Assembly (NCBI GenBank): GCA_045594305.1
Contig: JAZNYH010000078.1
Span: 6,469 to 70,468 of the forward strand
Origin: Eubacteriales bacterium
GTDB lineage: Bacteria > Bacillota > Clostridia > Oscillospirales > CAG-272
Direction of reading: 5' to 3'
Length of the DNA stretch: 64,000 nt
The position numbers and the translations under genes were made by a program. The notes beneath the pieces are model-generated. The model had not been told where the DNA came from. It did not search any database and saw only the letters and a program-made list of their open reading frames with translations. How positions within the stretch are numbered: position 1 is the stretch's first letter; every line of letters begins with the position of its first letter. Below are positions 27,613 through 37,244 of the stretch, in pieces.

Positions 27613-29610
27613 ATGAAGAAGAGAAGAGAGAGCTTTTGGGGCTTGCACCTTGATTTTCACGCAACCCCAGATGACGGAATACAGGGCAAGGATTTAAAAG
27701 AGGAGGACATAAGGAGAATATGTCACCTTTTAAAGCCCGATTTTATTCAAATAGATTGTAAGGGACACCCAGGCTACACCTCGTATCCATCAAAGCTCGG
27801 CAACGCAATGCCCGAATTTGCAAAGGATACACTAAGGCTTTGGCGTAAGGTAACAAGGGAAGAGAATGTTGCTCTTTATATGCACTACTCAGGCGTGTAT
27901 GATGTAAAATATTGTAGTGAGCATCCAGAGCAAAAGGTCTTAATGGCAAACGGCTATTATCATTTCGGCTCAACAAGACTAAATGGCTCGTATTCTGAAG
28001 ATTTGCTTATTCCACAGCTAATGGAGTTAGCAGGAGAATACGAGGTTGATGGAGCTTGGATTGATGGCGAGTGCTGGATGGCGCTTGCAGACTTTTCAAG
28101 CGAAACTCTAACCGCATTTGAAAGGGAAACGGGAATTAACCTAAATGGCAAAATTCCAAGGGAGAGAGAAGACGAATATTTTCACGAATATACAGAGTAT
28201 AATCGTGAGCTTTTCAAAAGATACCTCAGCCATTACATAGATGCAGTCCACGAAAAATACCCTAACTTTGAAATTTGCTCAAATTGGGCATTTAGCGACC
28301 ATATGCCAGAGAGAGTATCTGTAAATGTCGACTTCTTGTCAGGCGATTTAAATCCGCTTAACTCCTTTAACTCTGCACGCTACGCAGCAAGAGCACTCGC
28401 ACAGCAAAGGGGCTATGCTTGGGATTTGATGTCTTGGAATTTTAGAAATAACATAGCAGGTCATGCAGGCTATGTGCCTAAGCATGTAAACCAATTAAAG
28501 CAAGAGGCATCAGCAGTTATTGCAGTAGGTGGAGCATATCAGGATTATGTTCCTCAAAACAGAGATGGCTCACCAAGAATGTGGGAGATAGAGCCATTAA
28601 AGGAGCTATCTGATTTTGTCCTCGCACGCAAGCCATTTTGCCATAGAGTAACCCCAATTCATCAGGTGGCACTATTGCTTTCTACCTATGACCGCTATCA
28701 AGAATCTACCCACCTGTATTCAAGAACAGGCTACGAAAGAGTAATGGGAATGACAACCCTTCTTTGCGATATAGGACAGTCACTTGAAATAGTATGCGAG
28801 CATACACTATTAGACAATATAAATGAATACAAAATGCTCGTTGTGCCTGAGCTTTATAGTGGACTTGAAGAGAAAACAATAAAGGCTCTACTAAGCTACG
28901 CAAAAAATGGCGGAAACCTTGTGCTTGCAGGAAAAAACACCTGCTCAATTTTCGCAGACGCAAAAGCTCCGTTTGAGTGTAAGGAGCACGCCGAATTTTT
29001 GCAAATAGCGTCAAACGGCTCACAGGACGGACATAACAACAAGACCTCAAACAAATACATATCGTACTGCTTCACAACAGACAACAAGTCCTACGGTGCC
29101 TTGTTCTCACCATGCGAGCTTGTAGCAGATGGCACGAAAAACGCATTTTTCAGCGAAAAGCCAAACACTCCCCTCGCTAATTTGTCAATTACAGCTTCAT
29201 ACGGAAGGGGAACGATTACCGCAATAGGCTTTGATATAGGCTCGCAATATCTAAGCGAAGCACAGTATATGCACAGAGAGCTAATGAAGAAGGTAACCAG
29301 CCTCTATGAGCCTATTGTTAAGATTGAAAAAGCACTTGGTCGACTTGAAATAGTAGTCACCCAAAAGGATGACAAAACAATGATACAGCTTGTAAATGGT
29401 GGTGGCACACACGCTGATATAGCAAGCGTTACCGATGATTATATCCCACCTGTGCTTGATATAAAATTGTCAATCTTAGCACCAAACGCAAAAGGGCTTG
29501 TTCTTCAACCCGAGGGAGTAGAGCTTCCAATCGAGCATACACCAGACGGCAGAATTTTGGTCGAAATTCCTCGCATTGATATTCATAGCATCATAGAAAT
29601 TTGCAAGTAA
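27613..29610 (+). CDS. Putative glycoside hydrolase, GHL6-like TIM barrel with C-terminal beta-rich domains
   Basis: N-terminus FWGLHLDFH..IDCKGHPGYTSYPS..ALYMHYSG resembles the hypothetical glycosyl hydrolase 6 (GHL6) pattern. No signal peptide. Confidence 0.5.
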   Translation: MKKRRESFWGLHLDFHATPDDGIQGKDLKEEDIRRICHLLKPDFIQIDCKGHPGYTSYPSKLGNAMPEFAKDTLRLWRKVTREENVALYMHYSGVYDVKYCSEHPEQKVLMANGYYHFGSTRLNGSYSEDLLIPQLMELAGEYEVDGAWIDGECWMALADFSSETLTAFERETGINLNGKIPREREDEYFHEYTEYNRELFKRYLSHYIDAVHEKYPNFEICSNWAFSDHMPERVSVNVDFLSGDLNPLNSFNSARYAARALAQQRGYAWDLMSWNFRNNIAGHAGYVPKHVNQLKQEASAVIAVGGAYQDYVPQNRDGSPRMWEIEPLKELSDFVLARKPFCHRVTPIHQVALLLSTYDRYQESTHLYSRTGYERVMGMTTLLCDIGQSLEIVCEHTLLDNINEYKMLVVPELYSGLEEKTIKALLSYAKNGGNLVLAGKNTCSIFADAKAPFECKEHAEFLQIASNGSQDGHNNKTSNKYISYCFTTDNKSYGALFSPCELVADGTKNAFFSEKPNTPLANLSITASYGRGTITAIGFDIGSQYLSEAQYMHRELMKKVTSLYEPIVKIEKALGRLEIVVTQKDDKTMIQLVNGGGTHADIASVTDDYIPPVLDIKLSILAPNAKGLVLQPEGVELPIEHTPDGRILVEIPRIDIHSIIEICK

Positions 29611-29684
29611 AATATGTTCACCACAAGGTATCAATCAATATAACTGATAACTAAATCAATTATAGATATTCAAAAGAGGTATTT

Positions 29685-30779
29685 ATGGAAAAGAAGGTTG
29701 TAAAGCTGGGCGTTGTAGGGCTTAAAAGAGGAGCTTATGTCGCTTGGACACTAATCGGTGATGATAATGTAGTTATTCGTGCAATTGCCGACGCTGATCC
29801 CACTACACTCAAGGCTTGTAAGGAGGATTACGAGAAAAACGGAGTTGAGGATTTACTCTGCTTTGATAGTATAGAGGAACTCTTAAAAAGCGATATAGAT
29901 GCAGTTTATATCGCAACAGATAAGCCACTTCATACAAGGCATGCCGTAATGGCTCTTGAAGCGGGAAAGCATGTTTTAAGTGAAATTCCTGTAATAGAAA
30001 CCATAGAAGAGGTAAAAATCCTTTATAACGCAGTAAAAGCACACCCCGAGCTTAAATATATGGCAGGCGAAAACTGCTTTTATTGGGCATTTATCGAGGA
30101 GTGGAAGCGAATGCACGAGGACGGAAGACTCGGCGATATTTTATATGCAGAGTCCGAGTATTTGCACGCACCCCACCCTGACGAAATCAAGCCCTACGAG
30201 CCTGAAAACCATTGGAGAAGATACAACCCTGCAATAACCTATTTAACGCACAATTTAGGACCACTCCTTTACATAATGAATGATTACTGCGTCAGCGTTT
30301 GCTGTATGGCACCAAGCTCGGCTAAATATAATCCATATAGCAAGGACGACGAAAACGGAATAGCAATATTTAAAACCGCTAAGGGTGCTGTAATTCGCAT
30401 TTTTATTGGCTTTGGAATGTATGTTGGATACGACCATAATTTTGCACTTTATGGAACAAAGGGCTCAATTCTTACCGACAAAACCAAGCCACTTGAGGAG
30501 GCGACATCCTTTGCAAAGCTTTACGATGTGCCCTCCACCTTCGAAAGGTCCTTTGAAATCCCTGTTAAGCTATCAAAAACAGATGATGTTTATGGTCATG
30601 GTGGAGTAGATGCAAAAATGATACGAGATTTTATAAAATGCATAATAGACGACACAGCACCGCCAATAGATGTAGAAATGGGCATAAGAATATCTCTGCC
30701 TGGCATAATTGCTAACGAGTCAGCAAAGCGTGGTGGAGAGCTACTCAACATTCCCTCAATTACCGATTTGCTTAAATAA
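29685..30779 (+). CDS. Gfo/Idh/MocA family NAD(P)-dependent oxidoreductase
   Basis: N-terminal Rossmann KLGVVGLKRGAY..IRAIADAD, the EIPV motif region (VLSEIPV), and a C-terminal alpha/beta dimerisation domain. Confidence 0.8.
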   Translation: MEKKVVKLGVVGLKRGAYVAWTLIGDDNVVIRAIADADPTTLKACKEDYEKNGVEDLLCFDSIEELLKSDIDAVYIATDKPLHTRHAVMALEAGKHVLSEIPVIETIEEVKILYNAVKAHPELKYMAGENCFYWAFIEEWKRMHEDGRLGDILYAESEYLHAPHPDEIKPYEPENHWRRYNPAITYLTHNLGPLLYIMNDYCVSVCCMAPSSAKYNPYSKDDENGIAIFKTAKGAVIRIFIGFGMYVGYDHNFALYGTKGSILTDKTKPLEEATSFAKLYDVPSTFERSFEIPVKLSKTDDVYGHGGVDAKMIRDFIKCIIDDTAPPIDVEMGIRISLPGIIANESAKRGGELLNIPSITDLLK

Positions 30780-30782
30780 TAA

Positions 30783-30810
30783 AAAAGGACACTCAATGAG
30801 TGCCCTTTTA
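30783..30810 (+). terminator. Rho-independent terminator
   Basis: GGACACTC (30787-30794) / GAGTGCCC (30798-30805) then TTTT. Nearly identical to the terminator at 39275-39298. Confidence 0.7.
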
Positions 30811-30926
30811 ACTTGATAGGCGTATAGATAAAACGCATTTTTAAAGTTATTGACTCTGGCGTTAGTTTATTGTATAATGAAGGTATATAGAGGCAAAGGA
30901 ACAACCTGATTAGCAAGGGGCATTAT

Positions 30927-31985
30927 ATGAGTAGACTTGAAGAAATAGATGAAAATCTTAAAATCGAAACAAATTTAAATAAAAGTGATATAAAGCTTTA
31001 TTCAGCACTTGAAAAGCCGTTTTGCATATATGGAGTTAAATATGAGGATGGCAAATTTCGTCGTATGCCCGAAAATGTGGCTAAAAATGTTAATGATGGA
31101 GTAGGCTATTTGCACACTAATACATCGGGTGGTCGTGTACGCTTTAAAACAGATAGCTCTTATATAGCGATTTCTGCAAAAATGTGTAACATCGGCAAAA
31201 TGGACCATTTTGCTATAACAGGCTCTGCGGGCTTTGACATGTATGTAAGAGAAAATGGTCAAGATAAGTTTAATAGTACATTTCGCCCGCCATTTGACAT
31301 AAGAAATGGATATGAGTCAATATTTGAATTTAAGACGAGCGAAATGCGTGAGATAACAATTAATTTTCCACTTTATAGCGATGTTTGTAGCCTGTATATA
31401 GGACTCGAAGAAAAGGCAAAGGTCGAAGCACCAACACCATACAGCAATAAAAAGCCGATAGTTTATTATGGCCATTCCATAACACAGGGTGGCTGTGCAT
31501 CTCGCCCAGGCAATTCTTATCCAAGTATAATTTCACGAGGACTAAATGTAGATTTTATAAATTTAGGCTTTTCAGGAAGTGCACGAGGAGAAAAGGAAAT
31601 GGCTGAATATATAGCCTCGCTTGATATGGAGATGCTTGTTTATGACTATGACCATAATGCACCAACCTGGGAGCATTTGCAAGAAACGCACGAGGCTATG
31701 TTTAAAATAATACGCAAGGTTCATCCAACCGTGCCAATAATTATGATGACCTCTACATCTATGGCAAGATGCCACGATAATCAAGAAAAGCGACGCCAAA
31801 TTATATATCAAACATATAAAAACGCCCTTGACAATGGCGATGAAAATGTATATTTTTGGGATGCTGGCAAGGAATTTGCACCATATGCGGAATATGGCAC
31901 AGTAGAGGGCTGTCATCCTAACGACTATGGCTTTGTAGGGATTGCTACATCCTTAGAGCCACTAATTAAGAAAATTTTAAAATAA
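30927..31985 (+). CDS. SGNH/GDSL-type hydrolase (carbohydrate esterase-like) with N-terminal beta-sandwich domain
   Basis: Block I variant YYGHSITQGG, block III GFSGSARGE, block V region GCHPNDYG. Confidence 0.7.
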   Translation: MSRLEEIDENLKIETNLNKSDIKLYSALEKPFCIYGVKYEDGKFRRMPENVAKNVNDGVGYLHTNTSGGRVRFKTDSSYIAISAKMCNIGKMDHFAITGSAGFDMYVRENGQDKFNSTFRPPFDIRNGYESIFEFKTSEMREITINFPLYSDVCSLYIGLEEKAKVEAPTPYSNKKPIVYYGHSITQGGCASRPGNSYPSIISRGLNVDFINLGFSGSARGEKEMAEYIASLDMEMLVYDYDHNAPTWEHLQETHEAMFKIIRKVHPTVPIIMMTSTSMARCHDNQEKRRQIIYQTYKNALDNGDENVYFWDAGKEFAPYAEYGTVEGCHPNDYGFVGIATSLEPLIKKILK

Positions 31986-31992
31986 TAGCTTC

Positions 31993-32031
31993 AAAAAAGC
32001 AGGAGATGGAAATTCCTTCTCCTGCTTTTTT
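31993..32031. terminator. Bidirectional terminator
   Basis: AGCAGGAGA.GGA / TCC.TCTCCTGCT stem with A6 before and T6 after; sits between convergent genes. Confidence 0.8.
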
Positions 32032-32035
32032 GTTA

Positions 32036-32869
32036 TTAGCTTGTTTTTTTGATTAAATTCCTATAAGACTTAGGAGTCATATGTGTAAAGCTATTAAATG
32101 TTTTTATAAAATAGCTTGTAACAGAAAAACCACATTCAAAGCCGATTTCCGTTATACTTTTGTCAGTCAAGGCAAGAAGCCTTTTGGCGTTTTCTATTCG
32201 TATTTGATTAACATATTTTATAAAGGTTGTATGGCTGTATTTTTGAATTATCTTAGCTAAACCACTGTAGCTGATATGAAATTGCTTTGCGATCTCATAC
32301 GGAGAAAGCTCTTCCATATAGTGTGCTTCGATGTGCTTATATATCATTGATGCGATTTTGCTTTTTGAGGTTGTATCAAGGTCTATTCCTTGACTTGACC
32401 AATGCTGTATCAAAAAAGCATATATTTGTAGCAGAATAGCCTTTGCAATTAAATCCTCAGAGTAAATGGGGTTAGAGCTTGCATGCTTGTTAAAATCCTT
32501 GATAAGCATCGGCAAGGGCGTGCTTTCGAGATTGTGGAATACGCAGAAATTGAGCACATCGGTTGGAAGAGAAAGACCAATACCACCTGCACCAAGACAG
32601 ATTTCCTTAAAGCCAAGCACTATTTTTTCGGCAGTAGCATCATCACAGCTACAGCAGTGTATCTGCTTTGGGGGAATAAAAACCATAGAATCCTTTTCTA
32701 ATGTATGCCAAGAATCATTGAACATTATGCTAACCTTGCCCTTAATGACAAATATAATTTCCGCACCACTATGCCAATGAGGATGCGTTTTGTTAGCTCC
32801 GTATTGATAGTCACTGCAATAGTTAGTGCTTACATCAATATCAAATGCTTTGGGTAAAAATTTATCCAT
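32036..32869 (-). CDS. AraC family transcriptional regulator (cupin + HTH)
   Basis: N-terminal cupin-like HWHSGAEIIFVIKG and a C-terminal double HTH (ITEIGFECGFSVTSYFIKTFNSFTHMTPKSYR). Confidence 0.85.
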   Translation of the reverse strand: MDKFLPKAFDIDVSTNYCSDYQYGANKTHPHWHSGAEIIFVIKGKVSIMFNDSWHTLEKDSMVFIPPKQIHCCSCDDATAEKIVLGFKEICLGAGGIGLSLPTDVLNFCVFHNLESTPLPMLIKDFNKHASSNPIYSEDLIAKAILLQIYAFLIQHWSSQGIDLDTTSKSKIASMIYKHIEAHYMEELSPYEIAKQFHISYSGLAKIIQKYSHTTFIKYVNQIRIENAKRLLALTDKSITEIGFECGFSVTSYFIKTFNSFTHMTPKSYRNLIKKTS

Positions 32870-32991
32870 AAAAGCTCCAAATTATAGATTTGTTGTATTT
32901 TTTGCTATATTTATTATATCATCAATAATGCGAAAATGCTATAATAATTTTAGATAAATGTAAAAATTTTAGTTAAAGGGTTTATTTTTTA

Positions 32992-33885
32992 GTGGATAAA
33001 TATTGTATTTTAGCCTTGTCAACCCTGTTAGCCACTGGAAAGGCTCTATTTTGTAAGGCGTTAGGAACAGGGCAGTATTCAAAAAAAGAAACAGCTATAT
33101 TAAATTTCAAGGCACTTTTTGTTGCATTTGCTTGCTCATTAATTTTCATCTTTGATGAAATACATAAGCTATTTAAAATATCTACATTTTCTATTGTTCT
33201 TTCCGTTTTCTTTGGAATATCAGTAGCAATAACTCAAATTATGCAATCAAAGGCAATGGGCAATGGACCTGCATCCTTGGTATCTCTTATATATTCCTGC
33301 GGATTTTTAGTGCCTATTTTTTATGGCTTGGCTTTTTGGAATGAAGGCGTGTCTATCTATCAATGGCTCGGCATTCTTTTACTTGTGGTAGCCTTGTGCC
33401 TTATAGTGTATAAAGGAGAAAAGGGTGGAAGCTTAGCTGCTTGGCTTCCATTTGCAGCCTTGGCTATGCTTGGCTCGGGTGCTAATGCAATATTTCAAAA
33501 AACACACCAATATTCCGTATTCGCTGATGAGCTACAATTCTTTTTAGCTTATTCATTGTTCTTTTCGGCATTGTTTACAGGCATAGCCTCTTTAATAATT
33601 CGCAGAAAAGGAGAAGACGAGCCTGATTTGTCAAAAAAACAGCAAATAATAAAAAAATTAATAGTCCCATTATGCCTCGGTGTATGTGTTGGACTACTAA
33701 ATTTTTTGAATTTAAATTTATCAGGAAAGCTACCTTCTATAATACTGTTTCCTGTATACAATGTGGGAAGTATGCTTTTATCAAGCCTTATATCATCACT
33801 TATATATAAAGATAAGCCAACAAAAAGACAGGGCGTTGGCTTTGTTATAGGGATAGTAGCAATTTTAATAGTTGGGATTTTTTAA
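32992..33885 (+). CDS. DMT-superfamily (EamA/GRP/RhaT-like) membrane transporter
   Basis: 297 aa with about 10 hydrophobic helices in two halves. GTG start. It is the only transporter inside the GH locus. Confidence 0.55.
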   Translation: MDKYCILALSTLLATGKALFCKALGTGQYSKKETAILNFKALFVAFACSLIFIFDEIHKLFKISTFSIVLSVFFGISVAITQIMQSKAMGNGPASLVSLIYSCGFLVPIFYGLAFWNEGVSIYQWLGILLLVVALCLIVYKGEKGGSLAAWLPFAALAMLGSGANAIFQKTHQYSVFADELQFFLAYSLFFSALFTGIASLIIRRKGEDEPDLSKKQQIIKKLIVPLCLGVCVGLLNFLNLNLSGKLPSIILFPVYNVGSMLLSSLISSLIYKDKPTKRQGVGFVIGIVAILIVGIF

Positions 33886-33897
33886 TGGGAGAGCTTT

Positions 33898-34920
33898 ATG
33901 AATTTGTCTTGGAAAATTAAGGGCATAGTGCTGACAGCGCCACTTAGCGATGAAATAGATGATGTTATAAAATTCATTGATGAATATTTAGCACCCCGTG
34001 GCTTTAATATGATAGTTATGCAGGTAAGATATCGTTATCAGTTTAAGCGTCATCCCGAGGTGTGGGGCTATGATCCACTTTCTTGCGAGGATGTCAAAAG
34101 ACTGCTTGCCGTATGCAGAAAAAATAACATAAAATTAGTGCCAAAAATGAACCTAATAGGTCATCAATCAGGCTTTCCAAACGAGCAAACTGACGGAATA
34201 CTACACGGACATAACGAGGTCTTGGCTGATATAAAGGACGGACTTTTGAGAGCCTACCCTGATTTTGATGAGCAGAGTGGTACAAGGGAAATTCTTTACT
34301 CACGAAGTATATGCTTAAGTAGTAGAGGAGCGAGAACCATCGTATGCGAGCTCATCGACGAGCTAATGGACGCATTTGAGGCAGATATAATACATATCGG
34401 CTGTGATGAGGTGTTTAATGCAGGACTATGCTCTGAATGCTCAAAAAGGTCGAGAGCCGAGCTGATCTCAGGCTGGATTAATTCGCTAAACGAGCATATA
34501 AAAAAGCGAGGTGGAAAAACACTTATTTGGGGCGATAGACTCCTTTCCACCAAGGACACAGGCTACAACAGATGGGAGGCATCTGATAATGGTAGCGATA
34601 TTGCTATTGATATGCTCTCTAAGGATATTATCATATGCGATTGGCACTATGATAAGTACGAAAAATACCCCTCGGTAGACATTTTTGCAAATAAGGGCTT
34701 TGAAATGATGGTAAGCCCTTGGAGAGATAAGGGTAATCTTGAAGCCTTTATAGATTATTCAATCAAGCACGATAAAGGACATATAAACGGAGTCTTGATG
34801 ACCACCTGGTGTGGCTCTGGTGATTTAGCAAAGCGATTGCTATATGGCGAGAGAGGAAGATGGCTTCACACCGAGCAAATAGCAAATACAATCGATGAAA
34901 AATTCCCAGCGCTAAAATAG
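33898..34920 (+). CDS. GH20-like (beta-hexosaminidase-fold) TIM-barrel protein
   Basis: FNMIVMQV.., KLVPKMNLIGH, and a catalytic-type HIGCDEV (compare the GH20 H-x-G-G-D-E). No signal peptide. Confidence 0.5.
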   Translation: MNLSWKIKGIVLTAPLSDEIDDVIKFIDEYLAPRGFNMIVMQVRYRYQFKRHPEVWGYDPLSCEDVKRLLAVCRKNNIKLVPKMNLIGHQSGFPNEQTDGILHGHNEVLADIKDGLLRAYPDFDEQSGTREILYSRSICLSSRGARTIVCELIDELMDAFEADIIHIGCDEVFNAGLCSECSKRSRAELISGWINSLNEHIKKRGGKTLIWGDRLLSTKDTGYNRWEASDNGSDIAIDMLSKDIIICDWHYDKYEKYPSVDIFANKGFEMMVSPWRDKGNLEAFIDYSIKHDKGHINGVLMTTWCGSGDLAKRLLYGERGRWLHTEQIANTIDEKFPALK

Positions 34921-34954
34921 CCTTGCATAAGAAATTGAATAAAAGCAATAGCTT

Positions 34955-35824
34955 TTATCTCTGCTTTGAGGTGCCGTGCATATCCCTATATTTTTTAGGA
35001 GAAATACCATATTTGGCTTTGAAGGCAGTTGAGAAATAATTAGAATCCAAAAATCCACACGCAAGAGCGATGCTTGTTATATTGGTGTGAGAATGCAATA
35101 AAAGGTAGCTTGCTTGCTTTAATCTCACATTATTTATATAAGCCTTTATAGTAGTGTTGCCCTCTTTTTTGAATATGTATTGCATATAGGATGTTGAATA
35201 ATTAAGCCTTGAGGATATAGAATCACAGGAAATTTGTTGCATATAATTTTCGTTAATATAGTGTAGTGCTTCTATAAATATTTGCTTTGTAGGAGAGCTT
35301 TCCTTGTGATTATCTTCAACATCTTGGCAATGCTTATATAGCTCTATAACCATATATTTTAGAGGAGTAATAAAGCTCATAAGTGTATCAAGCGTTGGCG
35401 GAGAGGGAGATAATTCCATATATAATTTAGGAAAATAGCTATCGCATTTTAAGGAAATACGCTCCATAAATTTTTTTGATTTTGTAAGCGTGCCTCTAAA
35501 TCCCGAAATATTAATTCTTAAAATAGATTCTCCCTCATACATAACAGGAACAACAAATTCCTCAACACCCGCATAACAGCAGGAATAATATGGCTCGGTT
35601 ATTTTTGTACTGTTTAGCTTTCTTTTGTTGAGAACGCATTTATGCATAGTGCTATTATTTTGTTTAAGATAAAAGCACACACTATGAAGATGAATTTCAT
35701 AATTTAATAGCCTATCAATACAAGGATTAAGCTTAGGATGAAAGCCACTTAATGAAACAAAATATCCTAAGCCCTTTAAAAAGTCAATATAGTCCAAGCA
35801 TTCCTGTAAAATATAAGAATTCAT
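34955..35824 (-). CDS. AraC family transcriptional regulator
   Basis: C-terminal HTH (ITSIALACGFLDSNYFSTAFKAKYGISPKKYR). Start taken at the second ATG (35824), preceded by GGAAGGA; the ORF track starts at 35839. Confidence 0.8.
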   Translation of the reverse strand: MNSYILQECLDYIDFLKGLGYFVSLSGFHPKLNPCIDRLLNYEIHLHSVCFYLKQNNSTMHKCVLNKRKLNSTKITEPYYSCCYAGVEEFVVPVMYEGESILRINISGFRGTLTKSKKFMERISLKCDSYFPKLYMELSPSPPTLDTLMSFITPLKYMVIELYKHCQDVEDNHKESSPTKQIFIEALHYINENYMQQISCDSISSRLNYSTSYMQYIFKKEGNTTIKAYINNVRLKQASYLLLHSHTNITSIALACGFLDSNYFSTAFKAKYGISPKKYRDMHGTSKQR

Positions 35825-35938
35825 ATAATATCCTTCCATATATAGTTGTTTTTTAAAGAAATTCAGTTGAAAAACAAAGGTTTTATTCTATTTTCTATTA
35901 TATAATAAAATTATATTAATGTCAAGGAGTAGTTAGAT

Positions 35939-37231
35939 ATGGACTATATAAATGAAAATAACCAAATTCCAATGATAGCAGATGTAGATGTTTTGGTATG
36001 CGGTGCAGGCCCCGCTGGAATTGGAGCATCAATTATGGCAGCTCGCCTTGGAGTAAGTGTAATGCTTGTAGAGGCACAGGGCTGTCTTGGAGGAATAGCA
36101 ACCGCAGGAATGATGTCAAATTGGGGTGGGCGTTCATCAAGTAAAATTATGCCTGAAATTTTTGATTTGACATACGAAAAGGCAAAGGATATCGGCTGGG
36201 CAGAAGAGAATAAATGTGGCAAGGACACAATTTACCACGACATACAAAAAATTGTTTTAGAGGAAATGGTTGCAAGAGAAAAAATAAAGGTGCTTTATTA
36301 TACTCTTGTATGCAAGGCCGTTGTTGAGGACGGAGCAATTGTTGGTGTTATAGTGGAAAATAAAGGTGGCCGTGGCTTCATAAAAGCTAAGCGAGTAATA
36401 GATTCCACAGGAGACGGAGATGTTGCCGCATCAGCTGGCGTGCCATATATTAAGGGCAGAGAAGCAGATAATAGAATGCAACCCTGTACAATTATGTTTA
36501 ATGTAGGTGGAGTTGACTTTGAAAGGGCAGTTTTCCCACCATCCTTTGAAACAACCGTCGAAACAGAAAAGGGAGAGCTTCAAGCACTTGCAAAAAAGCT
36601 TTTGCCATTTCCAGCAGGTCATGTGCTTCTATATAAGCAACCAATGCCTGGTACAGTATGCTGTAATATGACAAATGCAATTGAAATTGATGGCACAGAT
36701 TGCGAAAGCCTAACAAAGGGAGTGCTTATATGTCGCTCTCAAATAGTGCCAATTATCAAATTCTTGCGTGAATATGTGCCTGGCTATGAAAATTGCTGGT
36801 TAATGAGCTCAGCATCCTTAATAGGTATTCGTGAAACTCGACATTTCGAGGGAATAGAATCACTTGGCAAGGATGATATTTTGGAAGCAAAATATTACGA
36901 CAATTGGATTGTTCGCCGTGGTTGGTTTAATTTTGATGTACATAACTTAACAGGTGCAAGCCTCGATAAAACAGGAATTCAGCACGGGTGGAAGCAAAAC
37001 AATGAATATACAATCCCATATGGCTGCTTGCTACCTAAAAATGTTGAGGGGCTTCTTTTGTCGGGAAGAAACATTAGTGGCTCACACCTCGCTCATTCAA
37101 ATTTTAGAATTATGTCTGTATGTATTGCGATTGGAGAGGGTGCAGGTGTTGCCGCAGCACTATCCGTAAAGCAAAATGTAAAATTATCAAATGTTGATAT
37201 AAAAGAAATACAAAAGCATTTGGGAGAATAA
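35939..37231 (+). CDS. FAD-dependent oxidoreductase (FAD_oxidored/GIDA-like family common in glycan loci)
   Basis: DVLVCGAGPAGIGAS dinucleotide motif, GGIATAGMM, and C-terminal RNISGSHLAHSNFRIMSVCIAIGEGAG. Confidence 0.75.
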   Translation: MDYINENNQIPMIADVDVLVCGAGPAGIGASIMAARLGVSVMLVEAQGCLGGIATAGMMSNWGGRSSSKIMPEIFDLTYEKAKDIGWAEENKCGKDTIYHDIQKIVLEEMVAREKIKVLYYTLVCKAVVEDGAIVGVIVENKGGRGFIKAKRVIDSTGDGDVAASAGVPYIKGREADNRMQPCTIMFNVGGVDFERAVFPPSFETTVETEKGELQALAKKLLPFPAGHVLLYKQPMPGTVCCNMTNAIEIDGTDCESLTKGVLICRSQIVPIIKFLREYVPGYENCWLMSSASLIGIRETRHFEGIESLGKDDILEAKYYDNWIVRRGWFNFDVHNLTGASLDKTGIQHGWKQNNEYTIPYGCLLPKNVEGLLLSGRNISGSHLAHSNFRIMSVCIAIGEGAGVAAALSVKQNVKLSNVDIKEIQKHLGE

Positions 37232-37244
37232 ATAGGAGGGATAA

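Noticed and set aside
30787-30809. Near-identical terminator hairpins at 30787-30809 and 39275-39298 (GGACACTCAA(C)TGAGTGCCCTTTT), and a related one at 62729-62750
   Set aside because: The sequences are short (about 23 nt), each sits in a normal terminator position after a CDS, and there is no flanking similarity. This is probably convergent or locally copied terminators rather than a mobile repeat.
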